Source: Malacoraja senta (lineage: Eukaryota). Taken from it: a DNA stretch of 64,000 nucleotides. Positions 12,547 to 26,302 of the stretch are shown in pieces. Position 1 is the stretch's first letter. Each line of letters starts with the position of its first letter. The position numbers were made by a program, and so were the translations under genes. The notes beneath the pieces are model-generated. The model did no database searches. It had not been told where the DNA came from and worked only from the letters and a program-made list of their open reading frames with translations. The stretch covers positions 2,728,001 to 2,792,000 of the forward strand of contig CM075991.1 in the NCBI GenBank assembly GCA_038087875.1, written 5' to 3'.

Positions 12547-13294
12547 AGTCTAACTGGATCAGGGTTGAGCATAGTGCATGGCTATCGTGCACTAAGATAT
12601 TCTACTGGCCAAATATCAAACAGGTTAACGTATCTAGACGTTGTAAGATATTACAGGCAGTGTTTCACACAGACAACAGGTAGAATGCCACATTAAGCAA
12701 CTGCTTTAATTGGTTATATATTACAAAAGATGACAGATCCAGGACAAATTTAGTTGGTTCCTGGCTGTTTATTACATCCAGATTGTTATCCTATCCATGC
12801 AACATAACTTCCTTTCAGACCATAATCTGTGGGCTTAAAAAGTAATACATTGACAGGAGTCTCTAAAGGATCTGCCTGATGCAGAACAAAGGCCATAACT
12901 GGATCAATCCTAAATTGGGTTCCGTGAACTAATGGAGGACCAAAAGGATGAAGCAAACTCCCACAAAATGACCAGCTGAAGAAGGGTCGAGACCCGAAAC
13001 GTCACCTATTCCTTCGCTCCATAGATGCTGCCTCACCCGCTGAGTTTCTCCAGCATTTTTGTCAGCCCCACTATGGAAATATCGTGTACTGAATCCTAGA
13101 TCAAGTGGAGTTTCTCAATGGAATAGCACATCTCTCAGACGTTCTGCACTTCGGACCGAGGGTACGTGTTCAACCTTCAGCTGGTCATTGTGAAAATCAA
13201 GACTAGGCAGTGGACATAAATGAGCAATTACTCAATTCATCTAAATACAACAAAAAGATTCATAATGATGATAGCGCTGACTGGACAGACATAA

Positions 13295-13495
<201 letters not shown>

Positions 13496-13793
13496 TAGAC
13501 CGGTAAAGAAGGTGCATGGTGCGTTTGCCTTCACCAGTTGGGGCTTTGAATATGAGAACAGGGAAGTCAAGTAGCAGCATTATAAAACGTTGGTTCAGCA
13601 ACATTTGGAAGATTGTGTGCAACGATTACTGGGAGAATATGGAGGCTTTGGAGGGGGTGCAGAAGAGGTTTATCAGGGTGCTGCCTGGATTAGAGAGTAT
13701 TTGCTGTTAGGAAAGTTTGTAAGAACTTGGATTGTTTTGCACTGGAACAGTTAGATCTCTCTAAACTTCATTCACAAACTCTTTCCATTTTGA

Positions 13794-14357
13794 TCTTCTT
13801 CTTCTGTCGTGTGTCTTTTAGACCTGCAGCTCCGTTGAGGCGAGCCAGGCCAAAGTGTCATCGTCCAGGTCAATCAGACCTCGTTCACCATTCGGTGGCC
13901 GGTGTTTGGGGCAACTGGTGACTCTGTGCTCCACTGTCTGTTGAGGGTTGTCCATTGCTTTTGGGGCAGGTCCTGGCCAGGGACGTCCATGGGGTACCAT
14001 TTTGATAATAATCTGAGATAGTAGCTACCCTTCTTCTTGCTTTTGAAGCAGAAGTTATGTAACGGCCTACAGGCGCTGTAGCCAGTGAGGCCTTCCACAT
14101 TCAGCTGCAGCAGGGCGATGCCATCCAGTTTGACATCCGTAGGTGCCTGCCCTAAAAAGGGCGCATGCTCCAAGTTGGCGCCAAGCCCAGCGACTGAGGT
14201 TGCATTAGGGCTGCAAGCTGCGGTGACTGAGGTTGCATTAGGGCTGCAAGCTGCGGCGACTGTGGCTGCATTATTCCTGCTGCTGACTCTGCTTGATGTC
14301 ACCTGACTGAGGTCAGTTGACAGAGTTCACCACGGGGAGGTCGACAACATGAGCCCC
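13794..14357 (-). mobile_element. Internally deleted Vingi/Ingi-type LINE (5' end fused to 3' end)
   Basis: Endonuclease start LLQLNVEGLT; C-terminal PGQDLPQKQWTTLNR and CPKHRPPNGERGLIDLDDDTLAWL; 3' end acgacagaagaagaaga; 33-bp tandem repeat at ~14190-14275. Confidence 0.7.
14294..14357 (-). ncRNA. Candidate (probably degenerate) HDV-like ribozyme at the Vingi 5' end
   Basis: P1 GGGGCUC/GAACUCU, P3 ACC/GGU, L3 UCCCCGU, P2 UGUUGUCG/UGACAUCA, P4 CUGAC-CUCA-GUCAG; P1.1 and J4/2 imperfect. Confidence 0.45.
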
Positions 14358-15234
14358 ATAGTAGCTGTACAGAGAGTTTGAACAAACTAGGATTGTTTTC
14401 GAAGATAGACACAAAAAGCTGGAGTAACTCAGCGGGACAGGCAGCATCTCTGGAGAGAAGGAATGGGTGACATTTCGGGTCGAGACCCTTCTTCAGACTT
14501 GTATTCTCCGGATTGTTTTCTCAGGAGTGTCGGAGATTGAGGGGCCACCTGATTGAAGCATATAATATCATGAAGGATTTTTCAAGTCAGAATTCTTCAG
14601 ACTATGACAGATGACACTTCAGGTTGGATCTGAAGAAGGGTCCCAAGCAGAAATATCATCTGTTCATTGCCCTCCACAGATGCTGCCTGATCCACTAAGT
14701 TCCTAGAACAATTTGTTTTTTGCTTAAGATTCCAGCATCTGGAGTCTCTTGTTACCCAGGAGAGATCTGTATGTTAATACGTTCACAAGTTATAGGAGTA
14801 GAATTAGGCCATGCGGCCCATCGAGTCTACTCCGCCATTCAATCATGTCTGATCTCTGCCTCCTAATCCCATTTTCCTGCCTTCTCCCCATAACCCTTGC
14901 CACCCGTTCTACTCAAGCATTTGTCTATCTCTGCCTTAAAAATATCCACTGAATCCACTGTAGGCTCACGGGAAGATTTCAGGTTCACACGTGGATGGCC
15001 GGAGCTGTGAAACAGCCCTGCTAATTTGTGCTTCACTGTGGCACCCACTAACTTTAAAAAAAGGTGTAGGAAGGAACTGCAGATGCTGGTTTAAATCGAA
15101 GATAGATGCAAAATGCTCGAGTAACTTAGCGGTACAGGCAGCATCACTGAAGAGACGGAATGGGTGACGTTTCGGGTCGAGACCCTTCTTCAGACTGACT
15201 TAAAAACTGTTAAAATGTGCTATCTATCACGCAG

Positions 15235-15317
15235 CACCCAACCAATACGAGCCAAATCAAGTGACTTCAGGAGCAGGACTTGACTTCAAGCACCACAACT
15301 ACAAAGATCTGCGTCAG
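15235..15317 (+). CDS. AEBP1: AEBP1 exon: (A)PNQYEPNQVTSGAGLDFKHHNYKDLRQ
   Basis: cgcag acceptor, gtatgg donor; LDFxHHxYKDxRQ start of carboxypeptidase domain; phase compatible. Confidence 0.9.
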
Positions 15318-17134
15318 GTATGGCTAACAGTCTGCTGGATGTTACATATGACATATTACAAGAGAGGGTTAGATGTGGCTCTTAGGGCTATCGGAATCAA
15401 GGGATATGGGGAGAAAACCGGAACGGGGTACTGATTTTGGATGATCAGCAACATTCATATTGAATGACTGTGCTGGCTCGAAGGGCCGAATGGCCTACTC
15501 CTGCATCTATTTTCTATGTTGGGCATTCACACTTATACTCATGTCATCGGGAGCAAGAGAGCATCTATATCAGTGATCCTTGCCCCACAATAAGAATCTC
15601 TGAAGCACTGTTTACTGCACTGCCACCAGCCCCTCCACTCTTGTAACCGTCTGTTGCATTCCTCCTCACATTACAGCCTATCCTTTAACTTTGGTCCGGT
15701 CGGCCAACATGAATGTTACCCCCTCAACCAGTGTGCCTAATCATATAATCTCTCCCAGTAAAGTTGCTTTGGACAGTACTTAGGCTCTGCTGTAGAACAT
15801 GATCGTTCCTTCCACAGCTCAAGCTGAAAAGGCAAGAAAAACTTTCAAATACAGAAAAAGGTCATATATAAATGAATGGATTGAAATGGCAAGTTGCACG
15901 TGCTATAAAATGGGCAGCAATATCATGAGTTAATTAATAAGTTTCTTGGCCAAGTATATTCACATACAAGGAATTTGCCTTGGTGCTCCGCTCGCAAGTA
16001 ACAACACGACATACAGAAACAATTAAGAATGGCACATAAAACATTAAACATTATCATCCACCTAACGTAGCATTCTGCATATTGATATTATTTGCTTCTT
16101 CAGAAGTGGGAAAGGAAAACATTTTATTAATGCAATTTTAGAACATTCATATTCATCTGCACCTTCATCTTTGTAATAATTTTCTTGAAATATGCACATA
16201 CCTAACGGATAATGCTGTTCCCCGTCTCAATACTCTAGGTATATTGCCCTTCGTCGGTCGAGGTATTGATAATAGAAGTTGGGACTTTTGTTAAATTTGT
16301 ACAAGATAGGAGACTGCATTTGGAGTATTGTGTTCAGTTTTGGTTACACTGCTAAAGTCAAAGTCAATTTTATCTCTCACATGCACCCGAAGGTGCAGTG
16401 AAATGAATTTAACAGCAGCGATACACTTAAAAAGAACACACGATACACAATAAGATTTAACACAAACATCCACCACAGCATTCTTCACTGTGGTCGAAGG
16501 CAACAAAGTTCAGCCAGCCCTCCTCCTTTGTTCACCCGTGGTCGGGGCCATAAACCCTCCGTAGTCGCCGCTAGGTACGGCCTGATGTACAGGCCCTCTT
16601 GTCAGGATGATCAAACCTCCGACGTCGGGACAGTTGAACACACTCCGCGGCTTGAAGCAGGTACCAGAACAGCATTTAAAAGGGACTTGAACAGCTACAT
16701 AGATAGGAAAGATTTAGAGGGATATGGACCATAGATGGGTAAATTGGGACTGAGGTGGAACATCTTGGTTGGAGATAGATACAAAAGCTGGAGTAACTCA
16801 GCGGGACAGGCACCATCCCTGGAGAGAAGGAATGGGTCGAGACCCTTTTTCAGACATTGGATTGTATTTCACTTAGCTAGATCTCTCTAAGTCCTCTCAT
16901 CTGAAGAAGGGTCTTGACCCTTCCTTCTCTCCAGAGATGCTGCCTGTCCTGCTGAGTTACTCCAGCATTTTGTGTCTATCTTTGGTTTAAACCAGCATCT
17001 GCAGTTCCTTCCTACACATCTTGTTTGGCATGGATGAGTTGTGATGAAGAGCCTGTTTCCGTACTGTATTGATTCTAACATGTATTTGCAATAAATAAAA
17101 GAAACATTGAGTTGTTTTTTAAATTACCTGCTAG

Positions 17135-17314
<180 letters not shown>

Positions 17315-17449
17315 TAATAGTTAATGGACATCAGTGTAATTATTGCTGGCATCTGCATCAACACATGGTTACGACAAGCCTCCAGTTATATCCGGAATGC
17401 AAATGATCTCTCTTCTGAGAAAGTAAAATCTGGGAATGATTTGTGACAA

Positions 17450-17725
17450 TGGCGCAGCTGGCAGAGAAGCTTCACAGTACCAGGGACCCAGGTTCAATCC
17501 TGACGTCAGATGCTGTCTGTGTGGAGTTTGCATGTTCTCCCTGTCATTTCCACCTACATCTCAGAGAGGTATACGTTTGTTGGTTAATTGGCCTCTGTAA
17601 ATTGTCCCTGGTATGCATGTAGGAAGTGAAAGTGGAATAACATAAACTAGTGTGAACGAGTAACCAATGGTCGGCATGGATTCGCTGGGCTGGAGGGCCT
17701 GTTTCCATGCTGTTTCTTTCAATCA
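17450..17725 (+). mobile_element. HE1-related SINE
   Basis: tRNA-like head (tggcgcagctggcaga...ggttcaatcc) and CR1-like tail. Confidence 0.75.
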
Positions 17726-18566
17726 AAAACTAGATTAGACATCATTAACTATCATAATGAGCCTTGAAACTTTAATGGGTGATTCAAATAAGAATATCTA
17801 TATTAGATTTATTGTTCTTGGAACTATTGTTCAGGATATATTAACATCATAAGGTGATAAGGAGTAGAATGAGGCCATTCGGCCCATCTAGTCTACTCCG
17901 CCATTCAATCATGGCTGATCTATCTCTCCCTCCCAACCCCATTCTCCTGCCTTCTCCCCACAACCTCTGACACCTCATGCACCGAGGGGTGATAAGAAAG
18001 ACTCTAACCTTTATAAAAACTATTTTACCTCTATATGGTGGAACGGACTTGACGACAAACAGACTTAAATTGTTGAAATTCTCAGTTCAGATTCTGTTTT
18101 GCTTTGTATTTTTTTTTTTTTTCTTTCGTTTTTTTACTTTAGTTTAGGGGGGGTTTGTTTCTTCCTTTTATCCTCTTTTTTTTGTTTGTTTTTTCTACAT
18201 ATATAAGTTTTCTTTTAAACATTTAACTATATTTACATAGAGATCGGGAGGTCTAAACTCAATGTGTATTTTGACACTGGACTCATATTAGGTTATACTT
18301 GTTATTAATGTAATCCTGATCCCTATGTATCAACATCATTGTTATGTTTATCATTACTCTTTTTGCTCTGTCTTTTTTGTTTTGTTTTTGTTTTTTGGAA
18401 AAAAAACGATTAAAAAGATTTTAAAAGAAAGAAAGAAAGACTTAGTCAAGGCTTAGTCAAAGACTTAGCTGGCTCGAAGGGCCGAATGGCCTACTGCTGC
18501 ACCTATTGTCTATTGTCTATTATCAAACTGTATGAAGGAATCAAATGAGTCTTGCGAAGACTGTGA

Positions 18567-18899
<333 letters not shown>

Positions 18900-19089
18900 T
18901 AGTCCAAGAGTTGTTAATTTGGCCAAGAGGCTCCGATATAGAGAAGGAAAATATACTATTAATTGATTAAATATGCACTGTTCAACCTTAGATGTGTTTC
19001 TATAACAGTTAGTGTTAACCTTGTGACAACCCTGTAAATTAATGAGTTGTAAGGTTTAGTTATATATGAGGCTGTCAGCATTGTGCTTA

Positions 19090-19641
19090 AGTGCCTGTCC
19101 CACTACGGCGAACTAATTGGCGAGTGTAGAAGAGTTTAGGAGAGTTTGAAAAAGAATCATGTTGAAGACCTCCTTCGACCTCCTTCGACTATGTTGAAGA
19201 CTAGCTATGACTAGCTTCGGGAAAATTGGACACCGGATAGTGGAGAGTGAAGACGACCTCCTTCGATCTCCTTCGACCTCCCTTTGACTATGTTAAAGAC
19301 TATCTTCGATTACCTTCGACTACCTTTGATTACCTTCGACTACCTTTGATTACCTACGACTAACATGCCGACCTACTACGACCTACCTCGACTAAACTTA
19401 CGAGTAAAAAAAATATTGATTTTTTTTCCATGGCGACCCTTTTTCACTCGCGGGCATTTTTCAGCATGTTGCAAAATGCGCCGCGACCTAGCTGAGGCCT
19501 CGAGTATGCGGGGACTACTCTTGACCATGAAGGAGAGTTACAAAGACCTCCTAGGACCTCGTGTCGACCATGCTGCGAGTATGAGTCGAGGGCAAACTCT
19601 TCTGAACTCGCGGATTAGGTCACCGCAGTATGACAGCCCCT
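19090..19641. mobile_element. PIF/Harbinger-like MITE with internal ccttcgacta repeats
   Basis: TIR agtgcctgtcccactacggcga / cgcagtatgacagcccct; TTA on both flanks. Confidence 0.8.
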
Positions 19642-20280
19642 TTAGTCTTTCAGATGTTATTACCAGTGAATCGGGAGTGAAAATTATGTTGAAAAGATGG
19701 AACATGTTTTCTCTTTGTATCTAGTATCATTATCTCTTTGATTCTGGCATAATAGTGAATAGAATCGTTGTAGAGTTTCCCATCTTCATACTCTGGCTTC
19801 AGAAGGAGAGATTGTAAATCCCATTAGAACAATGAGTAAAGATAAGTGCCAGTGCACACAATGTCTGTGTGAAAGATAATGCCACGATATAGACAAATCG
19901 CATCGGCTGCACATGATCCATATCTCTCCATTCACTGCATATCCATGTGCCCATGTAAAATTCTCTTCAATGTAACTATCTTATCTGCTCCACCACCACC
20001 CTTGGCAGCACGCTACAGGCACCCACCACTGTGTAAAAAACTTGCCCCCGCACATCTGCTTTGAACTTTGCCCCTCTCACCTTAAAGCTATGACCTCTAG
20101 TCTTTGACATTCCTTTTCAAGCGGGGTTATCAATTTAATGCTAGACTGTTGCACCTTTGAAAATTGTGCAGGATCAGCAGTGTCCGAAACCGTGAGTAAA
20201 AAAATGGATTCTGGTACAAAATCAACTGTCATAGGAGGTAAAATGTTAAAGAGAGCCAAGTTGCTTCTGTTCTCGCACAG

Positions 20281-20454
20281 GGGTCAGAGTTAAGCAGCTG
20301 GGCGCTGGGATACTGGACAGAAGAAGGGTTTGACCTCGGGGACAACTTTCCAGATCTGACTTCAATATGGGCTACAAAGGACCCAAGAGGTGTTCAAAGA
20401 GTTGCCAATCATCATCTTCCTATACCAGAGGAATATCAGTCAGAAGACGGAGCG
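20281..20454 (+). CDS. AEBP1: AEBP1 exon: GSELSSWALGYWTEEGFDLGDNFPDLTSIWATKDPRGVQRVANHHLPIPEEYQSEDGA
   Basis: cacag acceptor, gtgagc donor; WALGxWTEEGFD is the AEBP1-type sequence as recalled. Confidence 0.93.
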
Positions 20455-20693
20455 GTGAGCAAGCAATTATTACATCTTCTTATTGAGTCCACACACACGA
20501 TTAGAAGCTGTTCAGCCAGAGCTGAACACACTTCTCGGTATCTGTATACAATGGTGTGTGTCTTGTCGCTTTGTGTGCGTGGTGGAGGAAAAATTGGTGA
20601 AAACAGGGCCAAGACGTGAATGCTCTTTCCTTGACCACCAACTATTACATGCAGAACATACATTACCATGGGGCTGTTCACAATCCTTAATTC

Positions 20694-20958
20694 TTTTTTT
20701 TTTTAAATTATTTTATTAGAAGTATTTTACATTACAGTAATCTGCAATAACGTAAGTTTTTACTTTTCTTATACCACTTCTTATTTTAAACTTTAATAGA
20801 AAAAAAGGATAGAAAGAGTTAGTAAAGATATTCAGTGAGTGATTGAAAGAGTGGTCCAGGAACACCCATATGAACCTAAACCACAAGAAATAGTTAAAAA
20901 AGAAAAAAAGAAAAACCTAAAGGAGGAAAAAGAAAAAAGAAAGAAGAAAGTAAGATAG
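20694..20958 (-). mobile_element. Poly(A)-tailed retroposon 3' end (L1-like) with 15-bp TSD
   Basis: cacaatccttaattc at 20679-20693 and 20959-20973; poly-T and ttttatt at left end. Confidence 0.8.
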
Positions 20959-21029
20959 CACAATCCTTAATTCAACAGACAATTTGGATAAAGATTAAGA
21001 TAAGATTGCAAAATTGCAGAAATGAAAAT

Positions 21030-21722
21030 ATAATAGAGAATAGGTGCAGGAGTAGGCCATTCAGCCCTTTGAACCAGCACCACCATTCAATGTGATCATG
21101 GCTGATCATTCCCCATGAGTACCCCATTCCTGCCTTCTCCCCATATCCCCTGACTCCGCTATCTTTAAGAGCCCTATCCAGCTCTCTCTTGAAAGTATCC
21201 AGAGAACCTGCCTCCACCGCCCTCTGAGGCAGAGAATTCCACAGACTCACAACTCTCTGTGAGAAAAAGTGTTTCCTCATCTACGTTCTAAATGGCTTAC
21301 TCCTTATTCTTAAACTGTGGTCCCTGGTTCCGGACTCCCCAACATCGGGAACATGTTTCATAGAAACATAGAAAATAGGTGCAGGAGGAGGCCATTCGGC
21401 CCTTCGAGCCAGCACCGCCATTCATTGTGATCATGGCTGATCGTCCCCTATCAATAACCTGTGCCTGCCTTCTCCCCATATCCCTTGACTCCCTTGACTC
21501 CACTAGCCCCTAGAGCTCTATCTAACTCTCTCTTAAATCCATCCAGTAACTTGACCTCCACTGCCCTCTGTGGCAGGGAATTCCATAAATTCACAACTCT
21601 CTGGGTGAATTCACAACTCTCTGGGTTTCCTGCCTCTAGCGTGTCCAAGCCCTTAATAATCTTATATGTTTCAATAAGATCCCCTCTCATCCTTCTAAAC
21701 TCCAGCGTATCCAAGCCCAGTA
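21030..21722 (-). mobile_element. Nested CR1/HER1 LINE 3' fragments
   Basis: LEFRRMRGDLIETYKIIKGLD; FFSQRVVSLWNSLPQ; (catagaaa)n tail. Confidence 0.9.
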
Positions 21723-22571
21723 GCTTGTGTTAAATGCTGCCATTTAATAGTCCCATTAAAGTATTTTAAATGCTGTTCTGTGGCTTCAATAGAACATCAG
21801 TTCCATCTCAAACAAGTAGATTGCAGCATAACCTCAATGAAATGCAGAGGGAAGGGATAGGGCGAGAGACGGTCCCTTTCTAAGTATCTATTCCCACATC
21901 TAGTGCAGCTACTAATTGAAGAGTGTATGCGAATCTAACCAATTGAAGGATCACAGATTTCATACCCAGTCTGTGTTCACAAGAATTGAAAATTAAATTA
22001 AGGGTGTCTAGACAACAACTCTCTCAGGGGTATTAAGACCTAGTGTGTTTATTTGTCGGATGCAATGGATATGAACCAGAACAATGACATTCTTACTTGC
22101 AGCAGCCTCACGGACACGTTAGAAGACACAACAGTGAATAAATAGACATTACATTTTAATTTATTGTATGTTAACTGGACCATTGTGGTGCAAAAACATA
22201 AGTACAAAATCTGGGGGGGTCGGTGCTGAGGTACAGTTGTGGTTAGGGTTGTGCAAGGTGTTTAGGGAAGCAAAGATCGAGTTCTTATTCAATACCCTAT
22301 TCCTTCTCTCCAGAGATGCTGCCTGTCCCGCTGAGTTACTCTAGCTTTCTGTGTCTATCTTCGGTTTAAACCAGCATCTGCAGTTCCTTCATACACAATC
22401 CATCAGTGTTGGTCTGAAAGCAGTCTCGTTGGACAATTCCACGTTTGTTAATACACATGGAGTTGACGTCCTCCACAGAGGAACAAACAATGTTGGAGAC
22501 CACATCATTTATAAAAGAGGAGCAAGGAGCTTATTCAGCGCTGAACCAATATTCTTTATTCAACCAACATA

Positions 22572-23315
22572 ACCCCGCAGCTCAGCCCTTGCTCCTCTCC
22601 CCCTGGTTGCAACAGAGACAGAGTCCCCCAGTCCTTATCTTCCACCCCATCAGCTGTCGCATACAACACCTAATCCTCCGAAATTTCCGCCACCTCCAAC
22701 GGGATCCAGCCACCAGCCACATTTTCCCATCTCCACCCCTTTCCGCCATCTGCAGAGACCGATCCCTCCGCAACTCCCAGGTCAACTCATCCCTTCCCAC
22801 CCAAACCACCCCCTCCCCAGCTACCTTCCCCTGCAACCGCAGAAGATGCAACACCTGACCTCCACCCACGACTCTAGGCAGAGACCCCGACAGTCCTTTC
22901 AGGTCAGGCAGAGGTTCACTTGCACCTCCTCCAACCTCATCTACTGTATCCGTTGTTCAAGATGTGGACTCTTATACATGGGCGAGACCAAACGCAGACT
23001 GGGCGATCGTTTTGCCGAACGATCGCCTGAACGATTCGCTCAGCCCGCCTGAACCAACCTGATCTCCTGGATGCTGAACACTTTAATTCTCCTTCCCATT
23101 CCTCCACAGACCTTTCTGTCCAGGTCTCCTCCATTGTCAGAGTGAGGCTAAACGCAAATTGGAGGAACGGCATCTCATATTTCGCCTGGGAAGCTTACAG
23201 CCCAGTGGTATGAATATTGATTTCTCTCACTTCAGGTAGCCCCGGCATTCCCTCTCTCTCTATACCTCCCCCACCCAAGTCGCACTAGCTTCTCATTTTC
23301 ACCCAACAAACAGCT
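22572..23315 (+). mobile_element. Penelope-like element 3' fragment (GIY-YIG), decayed; derived inverted repeat follows at ~23445-23890
   Basis: FPCNRRRCNT; NLIYCIRCSRCGLLYMGETKRRLGDRFAE; homologous to 61950-62600. Confidence 0.9.
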
Positions 23316-24574
23316 GGACAATTCCATGTTTGTTAATACAGTGCACGTTGTAACATGAGTTACTCCAGCTTTTTGTGTCTATCTTCGGTTTAAACCAGCA
23401 TCTGCAGTTCCTTCATACACATAACAAGTCATTCCTTTCTTTAGATAAGACATAAAATACTGGAGTAACTCAGTGGGCCAGGCAGTATCTCTGGAGAGGA
23501 ATGGGTGACGTTTCGGGTCGACACCCTTCTTCAGACTAGTCAGGTGAAAGGGAAACGAGAGATATGGTCAGTAATGTGGAGAGGATGAAAGAAATGCAAA
23601 AAAGTAACCCCCACCCAAGTCGCACCAGCTTCTCGTTCTCACCTAGCAAACAGCTAACAATGGCCTGTTTCCTTTATCATCATTACTGTTTTTACATATC
23701 TTTCATATATTTGGACTATATCTCTCTAAATTAGTCTATACCTCTCGTTTCCCTTTCCTCTTAGTCTGAAGAAGGCTCTCAACCGGAAAACATCACCCAT
23801 TCCTTCTCTCCACAGATGCTGCCTGTCCCGCTGAGTTTCTCCAGCATTTTGTGTCTATCTTTGGTTTAAACCAACATCTGCAGTTCCTTTCTTTTGGTGC
23901 TTTTGGGATGTTGCTTCATTGCCCAGCGATCCAATGTATATGGCAATCCTTCCGTAAATACTTGGTTGTCCTTTCCCCTCACTTTAGGTTGCTTGGCCAG
24001 AGTAAGTTCTCCTATTGATTCTAAATTCAGTGGCTTGATGTTCACTCGACCCTTGCATGGTCATTTCTAGCAGTTAGACACCTACTTCAGCAAGATACCT
24101 TTGCTCGTGTTCAGGGACCCACATGGGCAACACAGCTATTCGTCCAGACAAAAATCCTCACCTGACATAGACATCCAAACACGAAAGTGCAAACTAAAAC
24201 AAAGGATTTCTTCAGACTGATTCCTGGGATGAAAAATGTGACGGCAGTGGTTTGGTATTGGTATTGGTTTAGTATTGTCACATATACCAAGATAATGTGA
24301 ACATCTTTGCGTGCTAGCTAGTCAGATGATACCATACTGAGTATAATTAAGTACAAGTTGTGCAAAGTGAAAAATCGAGTGCAGTATATGGAATTATAGT
24401 GTTACTGTCACGGAGAAAAAGTGCGAAGTCAGCAAAGAGGTAGGTTGGAAAAAAATCACAACTGCACCCTAGCTTCTGGGTGTTGTCATCTGATAGGAGA
24501 TTGTAATGAGAATCGGTAAGTGTGCACCGGTGATATCACATTTGGGCTTTCAATAGGCTTTGGCACATACTGTA

Positions 24575-25140
24575 GGCTTTGTCAGTCAGAGTATTGAGTA
24601 TAGAAGTTGGGAGGTCATGTTGCAGTTGTATAGTGAGGCTGCACTATAGGGTATTGTGTTCAGTTCCGGGCACCATGTTCGAGGAAAAATGTTGTCAAGC
24701 TGGAAAGGGTTCAGAGAAGATTTATGAGGATGTTGCCAGGACTAGAGGGTCTGAGCTGTAGGGAGAGGTTGAGTAGGCTGGGACTATTCCTTGGAGCGCA
24801 GGAAGGTGAGGGATGATCTTACACAGTATAAAATCATGAGAGAAATAGATCGGGTAGATGCAGTCTCTTGCCCAGAGTAGGCAAATCAAGAACCAGAGGA
24901 CATAAGTTTAAGGTGAAGGGGAAAAGATGTAATAGGAATCTGAGGGGTGAGGGTGGCAGGTGTATGGAACAAGCTGCCAGGGGAGGTAGTTGAGGCAGGG
25001 ACTATCCCAACATTTAAGAAACAGTTAGACAGGTATATGGATAGTTCAAGTTTGGAGGGATATGGACCAAACGTGGGCAGGTGGGACTAGTGTAGCGGGG
25101 ACATATAGCCAAAGGGTCTGTTTCCACACTGTATCAATCT
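24575..25140 (+). mobile_element. CR1 LINE 3' fragment
   Basis: Similar to 5960-7595 (KLERVQRRFMRMLPGLEGLS). Confidence 0.85.
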
Positions 25141-25456
25141 CTGACCATATGGTCAGAGAGATACAGCAAGACAGTGCAAACTCCACACTGAAAAGTCACT
25201 GATCTGATTCAATATTTTTCTGCACACTCTACCTTGCTGAATGTTTTTAAGCATTTTCTTTATATTTGTTGGCATTGGTTTATTATTGTCACAGGCACTG
25301 AGATACAGTGAAAAGATTGTTTGCCGGCTATCCAGTCAATTCAAATTGCACCATACACAAGTACAACAGACTATAGTGGTATGCCTACACAGAGAAAAAT
25401 TCAAGGATTGCAGTGAGGTAGATTGGAAGATTGGGACTATACCCTAGTTTATGGGA

Positions 25457-25761
25457 GGCCATGGTAGGGCAGCGGTAGAGTTTCTGCCTTACAGCGCTTG
25501 CAGCGCCGGAGATCCAGGTTCGATCCCGACTACGGGTGCTGTCTGTACAGAGTCTGTACGTTCTCCCCATGACCGGGATCTTCGGTTTCCTCCCACACTC
25601 CAAAGACGAACAGGTATGGAGGTTAGTTGGCTTGATGTTTGTGTAAATTGTCGCTGAGGTGTGCAGGATAGTGTTAATGTGCGGGGATCGCTGGTCGGTG
25701 CAGACTCGGTGGGCCGAAGAGCCTGTTTCCGCACTGTATCTCTAAACTAAACTAAACTAAA
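25457..25761 (+). mobile_element. HE1-type tRNA-derived SINE
   Basis: A/B-box-like head (gcagcggtagag...ggttcgatccc), (ctaaa)n tail; related copies at 33621-33880, 34987-35270 and 27645-27920 (minus). Confidence 0.85.
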
Positions 25762-25950
25762 GACCGTACAATAATCTGATAACAGTGGAGAGGAAGCTAT
25801 TAGAGAATCAGAAGCTCAAACTGTAAATGGCCTCCAGAAGATGAAAGTGCTAACTGTATTAGAGATAACAGATAATTGTGAACGAGATTCATCTCTTGGA
25901 GCATGTACATTTGCCTACCCTTTTCACCAATGTTTTTACATTTTACTCAG

Positions 25951-26302
25951 GTTGCTATGGAAACACGGGCCATCGTAGCATGGTTAGAAAAGATCCCCTT
26001 TGTGCTTGGAGCCAACATCCTTGGAGGGGAGCAAGTGGTGACGTTTCCATTCAACATGGCAAGAGCCAAAGAGGAGAGTGAAGAGATGATGCGCAGAGCA
26101 CAAATGGTAGAGGATTACGAGGAAGGGGAAAATCTCAGTTACATGGATACTCCGGATGACGGTGTATTCCATTGGCTTGCCACCTCCTTTGCTTCTGCAC
26201 ATGTCGGGATGACTGAGACATATCAAGGCAAATGCCACACTGACGATTTCACCAAAGGTTTTGGAATCATCAATGGTGGAGCATGGCATCCATCTGTTGG
26301 CA
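25951..26302 (+). CDS. AEBP1: AEBP1 exon: VAMETRAIVAWLEKIPFVLGANILGGEQVV...TPDDGVFHWLATSFASAH...GIINGGAWHPSVG
   Basis: ctcag acceptor, gtaagt donor; within ORF 25903..26469. Confidence 0.95.

Noticed and set aside
25457..25540. tRNA gene
   Set aside because: tRNA-like head of a SINE, continuing into SINE body and tail; no full cloverleaf
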